64,000 nt of DNA from Basidiobolus meristosporus CBS 931.73. Taxonomy: Eukaryota > Fungi > Basidiobolomycota. The notes beneath the pieces are model-generated. The model worked only from the letters and a program-made list of their open reading frames with translations. It did no database searches and was not told where the DNA came from. The stretch is taken from contig MCFE01000512.1 in the NCBI GenBank assembly GCA_002104905.1, positions 267-64,266 on the forward strand, written 5' to 3'. The position numbers and the translations under genes were made by a program. Positions 49,404 through 61,200 of this stretch are shown piece by piece (positions within the stretch are counted from its first letter, which is position 1; each line of letters opens with the position of its first letter).

Positions 49404-50862
49404 ACACTTGTTCTGTTGGATTGTGCCACATTGTGCCAGACTCTCAAAAGTGCAGATTGATCTGTCACTCTATGGCACTCTCTGGGACTATCATTTCCAC
49501 CATGATGCCAGTGGTAGGATGCAGCCACTTATAATTTTACTCAATCTTACTTATGTTGCTCATAATAGTACTGTTCCTTGCTTTATTAAGGCTTCAAAAT
49601 GCTCCAGACACATTTCTCTCAGTGGATGTCTTCTTATATGAATATACTGTGCATAAATAGGTATCTTGACTATTTACCTATTCTGCTGTTTTCTCCTATG
49701 TATGACTTCCTTCTGTATTTACCTACCAGCATGCTGAATCTCTCTAGATATCCAAATCTACTTTACTCACAAGTCTATAATGAAATGGGAAATCAGCAAT
49801 TGATGTGACCTGATCCATGTTAATGCAATCCAAGATGCAACATGCATGATATATGGAAAATTCAACTATCACATTAGTTTTCATATATATTTAATGTAAG
49901 ACCCGGTTGATGCCAATAAACCATTGTATAAGTATCCAAATCCATCACTACAGTCCCTATACCAAGTCTTAGCTCATCTTTAGTACAACCCAGACAAAAC
50001 CCATCCCCTAGCTCACAAGCATGGTCTGGACAGGAAAAGTCAATGTTGGATCTGTTCAAGTTCTTACCAGATGATCTTAGTATGGCCCAAGTGTCTATAA
50101 TTAGCCTTCATACTGATATTTGTGCACTACACATTAATCTAGAAGAACTGGATACCTGAGATAGTCAATAGAGATGGAAGGATATGAGTAGAAAGCTGTA
50201 GCATAAGTTTTGCATCAAGACACCAGCCGATGAATGTAAGATGATATATGACAAGTGAAAAATCAAGAATGAGCTGAGAGTAAGGCAATTTGATGAGGAA
50301 CCTGCATAAGAGCTATTCCACATGCAATTTAGATAGTACAGACCAGACACATCTGTTTATGCCTCAACTTTGGGAACCAAAGAGATTTCAAAGAGTTTTG
50401 CCTCAAATGACTAATGTAATACATGATACATTAGTAGAGCTAAGTGGCTCCCAAGTGCAATATACATAGGGCTCATCCAGCCAATAGTTCCAAGGTATCC
50501 AACAGAGGGTAAGTGAACAGCTTGAGGAATCATAAGGTGAGCTTCAAGAGGAAAAATACAGACTCAAGCAACTGCATTGCAATTGTGCCAGCACACCTCA
50601 CTGATATCCGTACCATCCCTTGCAACTTCAGCATACCAGCATACATCAGTCCAATCTATACCAACACCATTCATAAGATTGCCCTGCATTGAGTCAACAA
50701 ATGTAAGGCCAACACATGCACTGCAGAGCAACACTACCAGAGCTTGCCAAACTGCTTATTAAGACACAAGTCCACTGGAGTGGGCAAAGTTGCATCAACC
50801 AGTGACATCAAAAAAAATTCAGCCGTGGACCATGCCAACTCATGCAGTTGTGCCTGCGCATC
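49404..50862 (-). mobile_element. Second, inverted, internally deleted and truncated copy of the PHIS element
   Basis: Reverse complement of ~47080-46720 joined to ~45840-44730. Preceded by AAT and fused to satellite at ~50863. Confidence 0.88.
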
Positions 50863-51975
50863 CTGATGCCCACAGACATGTGATTAAAACCATCATGTAA
50901 ATTCTCTTACTGACAGCAGCCACTTGTTGCCTTCAGACATGTTACTTAAAACCATCAAGATAATTTTTAATCTAACAGCAACCACTGGTTGCCCACACAC
51001 ATGTGACTTAAAACCATCATGCTAATATTCAATCTGACAGTAACCACTGGTTGTCCACAGACATGTGATTAAAACCATCATGTAAATTTTCTTACTGACA
51101 GCAGCCACTTGTTGCCTTCAGACATATGACTTAAAGTCTTCAAGATAATTTTTAATCTGACAGCAACCACTGGTTGCCCACAGACATGTGACTAAAAACC
51201 ATCACACTAATGATCAGGCTGACAGCACCCAATGGTTGCCCACAGACATGGGACTTACAACTATAATGTTAATTAACAATCTGACAGCAACCACTGGTTG
51301 CCCACAGACATGTGACTAAAAACCATCATGCTGACAGCAGCCACTTGTTGCCCACAGACATTTGACTAAAAACCATTACGCTAATTTACACTCTGAACGC
51401 AACCACAGGTGCCTACAAATATGTGACTTAAAACCAATATGCTAATATTCTGTCTGATAGCAACCACTGTTTGCCCAGAGAAATGTGACTGTAATGCATC
51501 ATGCTAATATTCAATTGGACAGCAACCACTGGTGACTCTTAAAACTATCATGCTAATGATCATGCTGATAGCAACCACTAGTTCCCCACAGACATTTGAA
51601 TAAAAACCATCACTCTAATAAGCAGGCTAACAGCAGTCACTGGTTGCCCACAGACATGTGACTTAAAACCATGATGCTTTTATTCAATCTTACAGCAACC
51701 ACTGATTGCCCACAGACATGGGACTTAAATCCATCATGCTAATATTCATTCAGACAGCAACCACTGGTTGCCCACAGACATGTGACTTAGACTTATGATG
51801 CTATTATTCAATCTGACAGCAACCGCTGGTGACCCACAGACAAGTGACCTGAAACCATCATATTGATTTTCATTCTGACAGCAGCCATCTGTTGCCCAAA
51901 GATATGTGACTTAAATCCAGTATGCTAATTTTTAATATAACAGACACCACTGGTTGCCCACAGCCATTTGACAAA

Positions 51976-52201
51976 AAACTTGGCCAATTTCACTCTGTTA
52001 GAAAATCCTGTACCCTAACTGATTTTCCCTAACCCAAACATACCTAATCCCTGTAATGGTTTATTCCATCACTTATCAGAATCTTTTTTAGCTGTCACAC
52101 CTCATCAATTTCCAAGTGGTCATTACATCCCCAACTGATCTACTAAGTCTTTCCAATGGATTAGTCATCTGAGATCTGTCCAACTACTTAGTAGTTGCCA
52201 A
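51976..52201 (+). mobile_element. 5' fragment of a chromovirus-family LTR embedded in satellite
   Basis: gtaccctaactgattttccctaacccaaacata...gattagtcatctgagatct..ccaac...agttgccaa is collinear with LTR 35343-35575. Confidence 0.88.
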
Positions 52202-55200
52202 ATACAGACATGTGATCTAAACTTATGATGCTAGCATTTAATCTGAGAGCAACCACTGGTTGCTCACAGCCATGTGACCAACAAGCATCATATGAATTAT
52301 CAGGTTGACAGCAACCACTGGTTGCCAACAGATATGTAACTTAAAACTTTCATATTAATATATATTTTGACAGCAACAACTGGTTGCTCACATACATGTG
52401 ACTTAAACTTATGATGCTAATATTCAATCTGACAGCAGTCACTTGTTGCCCATAGACACGTGACTAAAAAACATCACATGAATTATCAGGTTAACAGCAG
52501 CCACTTGTTGCCCACAGACATGTGACCTAAACTTATGATGCTAATATTCAATCTGACAGCAACCAATGGCGGCCCACAGACAAGCAACTTGTTACTTTTC
52601 ATAGTGGCAGCAGCCATCTGTTACCCACAGACATGAGACTTAAAACCTTTATGCTAATTTTTATCTGACAGCAGCCACTGATGGCCCACAGAAATGTGAC
52701 TTAAGACTGTTGTATAAATATTTATTCTGACAGCAACAACTGGTTGCCCACATCCATGTGACTTAAACTTATGATGCTAATATTCAATCTAACAAAAGCC
52801 ACTACTTGCCCACAGACATATGACTAAATACCATTGCCCTATTGATTAAGCTGACAGCAGCCACCAGTTACCCACAGACATGTGACTATATTTTGGCATG
52901 CCAATTCTCCTTCAGACATCAGCCACTGGTTGCCCACAGACATGTGACTAAATTTCAGCATGTCAATTTTCTTTCTGACAGCAGCCACTGGTTGCCCACA
53001 GACATGTGACTAAAAACCCCTAAGGCTATAATTGGGACTGACAGCAGCTACTTGTTGCCCACAGAAATGTGACTAAAACAATCATGCTAATATTCAATCT
53101 GACAGCAGCCACTTGATGCCCACATACATGTGACTGAATTTCAGCATGCCAACTTGCTTTTTATCAGCAGCCACTGTTTGCCTGCAGACATGTGATATAA
53201 AGCATTCACTCAATAATCAGGCTGACAGCAGCCACCGGTTGCCCACAGACATGTGACTGAGTTTCTGGATGCCAATTTACTTTCTGAAAGCAGCCACTGT
53301 TTGCCTTCAGACATGTGACTTAAAACCATCACGCTATAATCAGGATGACAGCAGCTACTGGTTGCCCACAGACATGCAACTTACAACCATTATGCCAATT
53401 TACCATCTGACAGCAACCACTGATTGCCCACAGACATGTGACTGAATTTCAGTATACCAATTTACTTTTTGTCAGCAGCCACTTGTTGCCCACAGACATG
53501 TGACTTAAAACCATCAAGCTATATTCAGGCTGACAGCAGCCACATGTTGCCCACAAACATGTGACTAAAAACCATTACACCATAATTTGGCTGACAGCAA
53601 CCACATGTTGCCCACAGACATGTGACTGAATTTCTGCATGCAAATTTTCTTCTGACAGCAGCCACATACGGCCTACAGACATGTGACTTGAAACCCTCAC
53701 GCTATAATCAGGCTGACAGCAACCACATGTTGCCCACAAATGTGTGACTAAAAATCATTACGCTATGATTAAGCTAACATCAGCCACTGGTTGCCCACAG
53801 ACATGTAACTGAATTTCAGCATGACAATTGACTTCTTGTCAGCAGCCACTGTTTGCCTTTAGACATGTGAGTTAATACCCTTGCGCTATAATTAGGCTGA
53901 CAGCAGCCACTTAGTGCCCACAAACACATGACTAAAAATCATTACGCTATAATTAGGCTGACAGCAGCCACTGGTTGCCCACAGACATGTGATTAAAAAC
54001 CATCATGTTATAATCAGGCTGACAGCGGCCACTGTTAGCCCACAGACATGTGACTGAAATTCTGCATGCCAATTTTCTTTCTGACAGCAGCCACATGTTG
54101 TCAACAGACATGTGACTAAAAACCATCATGCCATATCCAGGCTGACAGCAGCCACTGGTTGCCCACAGACATGTGACTGAATATCTGCATGCCAATTTCC
54201 TTTCTGACAGCAGCCACATGTTGCCCTCAGATATGTGACTAAAAACCATTACGCTATATCCAGGCTGACAGCACCCACATGTTGCCCGCAGATATGTGAC
54301 TAAAAACCATCACGTTATAATCAGGCTGACAACGGCCACTGTTAGCCCACAGACATGAGAATCAAATTCTGCATGCCAATTTTCTTTCTGACAGTAGCCA
54401 CTGATTGCCATCGGATATGTGACTAAAAACCATCATGCAAATGATCAGCCTGACAGCAGCCACTTGTTGCCCACAGTCATGTAATTAAAACAATAATATT
54501 GACTGAATATCTGCACGCCAATTTTCTCTCTGACAGCAGCCACGTGTTGCCCACAGACATGTGACTTAAAACTATCATGCTATATTTAGGCTGACAGCAG
54601 CCACATGTTGCCCACAGACATGTGACTAAAAACCATCACGCTATAATTAGGCTGGCAGCAACCACTTGTTGCCCACAGACATGTGACTAAAACCATTACG
54701 CTAAAATATGGCTGACAGCAGCCACTGGTGGCCCACAGACATGTGACTAAAAACCATCACGCTAGAATGAGGCTGACAGTAGCCACTTGTTGCCCACAGA
54801 CATGTGACTTAAAACCATCATGCTATAATCAGGCAGACAGCAGCCACTGGTTGCCCACAGACATGTGACTAAAAACCATTACGCTATAATTAGGCTGACA
54901 GCAGCCACTTGTTACCCAGAGACATGTGACTAAAAACCATTACGCTATAATTAGGCTGACAGCAGCCACTGGTTGCTGACAGACATGTGACTCAAAACCA
55001 TTATGTTATAATCATGCTGACAGCAGCCACTTGTTGCTCACAGACATGTGATTAAAACAATAACATTGATAATTGGGTTAACAGCAGCCACCGGTTGCCC
55101 GCAGCCATGTCACTTAAAACCATTATGCTAATTCTTAATCTGACAACAGCCACTTGTTGCCCACAGACATGTGACTCAAAACCATCACGCCATGTTCAGG

Positions 55201-58200
55201 CTGAGAGCAGTGACTTGTTGCACTCAGACATGTGACTAAAAACCATTACACTATAATCAGGCTGACAGCAGCAACATGTTGCCCATAGACATGTGCCTAA
55301 AAACCATCACGCTTGAATTAGGGTGAGAGCAGCCACATGTTGCCCACAGACATGTGACTTAAAACCATCATGCTATAATCAGGCAGACAGCAGCCACTGG
55401 TTGCCCACAGACATGTGACTTAAAACCATCATGCTATAATCAGGCAGACAGCAGCCACTTGTTACCCAGAGACATGTGACTAAAAACCATTACGCTATAA
55501 TTAGGCTGACAGCAGCCACTGGTTGCTGACAGACATGTGACTCAAAACCATTATGTTATAATCATGCTGACAGCAGCCACTTGTTGCTCACAGACATGTG
55601 ATTAAAACAATAACATTGATAATTGGGTTAACAGCAGCCACCGGTTGCCTGCAGCCATGTCACTTAAAACCATTATGCTAATTCTTAATCTGACAACAGC
55701 CACTTGTTGCCCACAGACATGTGACTCAAAACCATCACGCCATGTTCAGGCTGAGAGCAGTGACTTGTTGCACTCAGACATGTGACTAAAAACCATTACA
55801 CTATAATCAGGCTGACAGCAGCAACATGTTGCCCATAGACATGTGCCTAAAAACCATCACGCTTGAATTAGGGTGAGAGCAGCCACATGTTGCCCACAGA
55901 CATGTGACTTGAAACCATCATGCTATAATCAGGCTTACAGCAGCCACTCGTTGCGCACAGACATGTGACTTAAGACCATTAGGCTAATATTTAATATGAC
56001 AACAGCCACTTGTTGCACTCAGACATGCAACTTGAAACCATCACGCTATAATTTGGCTGACGGCAGCCACTTGTTGCCCACAGACATGTGACTAAACACC
56101 ATTACGCTAAAATATGGCTGACAGCAGCCACTGGTTGCCCACAGACATGTGTCTTAAAACCATCATGCTATATTCAGGCTGACAGCAGCCACTGGTTGCC
56201 CACAGACATGTGTCTTATAACCATCATGCTATATTCAGGCTGACAGCAGCCACTTGTTGCCCACAGACATGTGACTCAAACAATAATATTAATGATTGGG
56301 CTGACAGCAGCCACCGGTTGCCCACAGCAGCCACCGGTTGCCCACAGCAGCCACCGGTTGCCCACAGCAATGTCACTTAAAACAATTATGCTCATTTTTA
56401 ATCTGACAACAGCCACTTGTTGCCCACAGACATGTGACTTTAAACCATCATGCTATATTTAGGCTGACAGCAGCCACATGTTGCCCACAGACATGTGACT
56501 AAAAACCATCACGCTTGAATTAGGGTGAGAGCAGCCACATTTTGCCCACAGACATGTGACTTGAAACCATCATGCTATATTTAGGCTGACAGCAGCCACT
56601 TGTTGCCCACAGACATGTGACTAAACACCATTACACTAAAATATGGCTGACAGAAGCCACTAGTTGCCCACAGACATGTGACTTAAAAACATTACACTAA
56701 AATATGGCTGACAGCAGCCACTGGTTGCCCACAGACATGTAACTAAAAGCCATCACGCTAGAATCAGGCTGACAGCAGCCACTTGTTGCCCATGGACATG
56801 TGACTCAAACAATAATATTAATGATTGGGCTGACAGCAGCCACCGGTTGCCCGCAGCACTGTCACTTAAAACCATTGTTGCTAATTTTTAATCAGACAAC
56901 AGCCACTGGTTGCCCACAGATATGTGACTTAAAACCATTACGCTAAAATATGGCTGACAGCAGCCACATGTTGCCCACAGACATGTGACTAAAAACCATC
57001 ACGTTAGAATCAGGCTGACAGCAGCCACATGTTGCCAACAGACATGTGACTAAAAACCAGTACCCTATAATTAGGCTGGCATCAGCCACTTATTGCCTGC
57101 AGACATGTGAATTAAAACCATCATGCTATAATTAGGCTGACAGCAGCTAGAATCAGGCTGACAGCAGCCACTGGTTGCCCACAGACATGTGACTAAAACC
57201 ATTATGCTAGAATCAGGCTGACTGCAGCCACTGGTTGCCCACAGACATGTGACTAAAAACCAATACCCTATAATTAGGCTGCCAGCAGCCACTTGTTGCC
57301 CACAGACATATGACTAAAACAATCACGCTAGAAGCAGGCTGACAGCAGCCACTTGTTATCCACAAACATGTGACTTAAAACCCCTTATGCTATACTTAGG
57401 CTGACAGCAGCCACTTGTTGCCCACAGACATGTGGCTAAACCATTACGTTAGAATCAGGCTGACAGCAGCCACTGGTTGCCCACAGACATGTGACTAAAA
57501 ACCATCACGCTAGAATTAGGCTGACAGCAGCCACTTATTGCCTGCAGACATGTGAATTAAAACCATCATGCTATAATTAGGCTGACAGCAGCCACATGTT
57601 GCCCACAGACATGTGACCTAAACCATCACGTTAAAAACAGGCTGACAGCAGCCACTGGTTGCCCTCAGACATGTGACTAAACCATTACGCTAGAATCAGG
57701 CTGACAGCAGCCACTGGTTGCCCACAGACATATGACTAAAAACCAGTACCCTGTAATTAGGCTGGCATCAGCCACTTATTGCCTGCAGACATGTGAATTA
57801 AAACCATCATGCTATAATTAGGCTGACAGCAGCTAGAATCAGGCTGACAGCAGCCACTGGTTGCCCACAGACATGTGACTAAAAACCAATACCCTATAAT
57901 TATGCTGACAGCAGCCACTGGTTGCCCACAGACATGTGACTAAAAACCAATACCCTATAATTATGCTGACAGCAGCCACTTGTTGCCCACAGACATGTGA
58001 CTAAAAACCAATACCCTATAATTAGGCTGACAGCAGCCACTGGTTGCCCACAGACATGTGACTAAAAACCAATACCCTATAATTAGGCTGACAGCAGCCA
58101 CTGGTGCGCCCACAGACATGTGACTTAAAACCATTACACTAAAATATGGCTGACAGCAGCCACATGATGCCCACAGACATGTGACTAAAAACCTTTACAC

Positions 58201-61200
58201 TATAATTAGGCTAACAGCAGCCACTGGTTACCCACAGACACGTGACTTAAAACCATTACGCTAAAATATGGCTGACACCAGCCACTGGTTGCCCACAGAC
58301 ATGTGACTAAAAACCAATACCCTATAATTAGGCTGACAGCAGCCACTTGTTGCCCACAGACATGTGACCTAAACCATCGCGTAAAAATCAGGCTGACAGC
58401 AGCCACTGGTTGCCCTCAGACATGTGACTAAACCATTACGCTAGAATCAGGCTGACAGCAGCCACTAGTTGCCCACAGACATGTGACTTAAAACTATCAT
58501 GCTATATTTAGGCTGACAGCAGCCACTTGTTGACCACAGACATGTGACTAAAAACCATCACGCTAGAATCAGGCTGACAGCACCCACTTGTTGCCCACAG
58601 ACATGTGACTTAAAACCATTACGCTAAAATATGGCTGACAGCAGCCACTTGTTGCCCAGAGACATGTGACTAAATTTCTGCATGTAAATTTGTGACATAA
58701 ACCCTCACGTTAAAATCAGGCTGACAGCAGCCACTGGTTGCCCTCAGACATGTGACTAAAAACCATCACGCTAGAATCACGCTGACAGCAGCCACATGTT
58801 GCCCACAGACATGTGACTAAAAACCAATACCCTAAAATATGGCTGACAGCAGCCACTTGTTGCCCACAGACATGTGACTGAATTTCTGAAGGCAAATTTG
58901 TGACATAAACCCTCACGTTAAAATCTGGCTGACAGCAGCCACTGGTTGCCCTCAGACATGTGACTAAACCATTACGCTAGAATCAGCCTGACAGCAGCCA
59001 CTGGTTGCCCACAGACATGTGACTTAAAACCATCATGCTATATTTAGGCTGACAGCAGCCACTTGTTGACCTCAGACATGTGACTAAAAACCATCATGCT
59101 AGAATCAGGCTGACAGCAGCCACTTATTGTCCACAGACATGTGACTAAAAACTATTAAGCTATAATTAGGCTGACAGCAGCCACTGGTTGCCCACAGACA
59201 TGTGACTGAATTTCTGCATGCAAATTTGTGACATAAACCCTCAGGTTATAATCAGGCTGACAGCAGCCACTGGTTGCCCTCAGACACGTGACTAAAAACC
59301 ATCACGCTAGAATCATGCTGACAGCAGCCACATGTTGCCCACAGGCATGTGACTAAAAACAAATACCCTAAAATATGGCTGACAGCAGCCACTTGTTACC
59401 CACAAACATGTGACTGTATTTCTGCATGCAAATTTGTGACATAAACCCTCACGTTAAAATCAAGCAGCCACTGGTTGCCCACAGACATGTGACTAAAACC
59501 ATTATGCTAGAATCAGGCTGACAGCAGCCACTTATTGTCCACAGACATGTGACTAAAAACTATTACGCTATAATTAGGCTGACAGCAGCCACTGGTTGCC
59601 CACAGACATGTGACTGAATTTCTGCATGCAAATTTGTGACATAAACCCTCACGTTAAAATCAGGCTGACAGCAGCCACTGGTTGCCCTCAGATATGTGAC
59701 TAAACCATTACGCTAGAATCAGGCTGACAGCAACCACTTGTTGCCCACAGACATGTGACTGAATTTCTGAAGGCAAATTTGTGACATAAACCCTCACGTT
59801 AAAATCTGGCTGACAGCAGCCACTGGTTGCCCTCAGACATGTGACTAAACCATTACGCTAGAATCAGCCTGACAGCAGCCACTGGTTGCTCACAGACATG
59901 TGACTTAAAACCATCATGCTATATTTAGGCTGACAGCAGCCACTTGTTGACCTCAGACATGTGACTAAAAACCATCATGCTAGAATCAGGCTGACAGCAG
60001 CCACTTATTGCCCACAGACATGTGACTAAAAACTATTACGCTATAATTAGGCTGACAGCAGCCACTGGTTGCCCACAGACATGTGACTGAATTTCTGCAT
60101 GCAAATTTGTGACATAAACCCTCAGGTTAAAATCAGGCTGACAGCAGCCACTGGTTGCCCTCAGACACGTGACTAAAAACCATCACGCTAGAATCACGCT
60201 GACAGCAGCCACATGTTGCCCACAGGCATGTGACTAAAAACAAATACCCTAAAATATGGCTGACAGCAGCCACTTGTTACCCACAAACATGTGACTGAAT
60301 TTCTGCATGCAAATTTGTGACATAAATCCTCACGTTAAAATCAGGCTGACAGCAGCTACTGGTTGCCCTCAGACATGTGACTAAACCATTACGCTAGAAT
60401 CAGGCTGACAGCAGCCACTGGTTGCCCACAGACATGTGACTTAAAACCATCATGCTATATTTAGGCTGACAGCAGCCACTTGTTGACCTCAGACAGGTGA
60501 CGAAAAACCATCACGCTAGAATCAGGCTGACAGCAGCCACTTGTTGCCCACAGACATGTGACTAAAAACTATTACGCTATAATTAGGCTGACAGCAGCCA
60601 AATGTTGCCCACAGACATGTGACTTAAAACCATTACGGTAAAATATGGCTGACAGCAGCCACAGGTTGCCCACAGACATGTGACTAAACCATTACGCTAG
60701 AATCAGGCTGACAGCAGCCACTGGTTGCCCACAGACATGTGACTTAAAACCATCATGCTATATTTAGGCTGACAGCAGCCACTTGTTGCCCACAGACATG
60801 TGACCTAAACCATCACGTTAAAAACAGGCTGACAGCAGCCAAATGTTGCCCGCAGACATATGACTAAAACCATTAAGCTAGAAGCAGGCTGACAGCAGCC
60901 ACTTGTAATCCACAAACATGTGACTTAAAACCCCTTATGCTATACTTAGGCTGACAGCAGCCACTGGTTGCCCACAGACATGTGACTGAATTTCTGCATG
61001 CAAATTTGTGACATAAACCCTCAGGTTAAAATCAGGCTGACAGCAGCCACTGGTTGCCCTCAGACATGTGACTAAACCATTACGCTAGAATCAGCCTGAC
61101 AGCAGCCACTGGTTGCCCACAGACATGTGACTTAAAACCATCATGCTATATTTAGGCTGACAGCAGCCACTTGTTGCCCACAGACATGTGACCTAAACCA

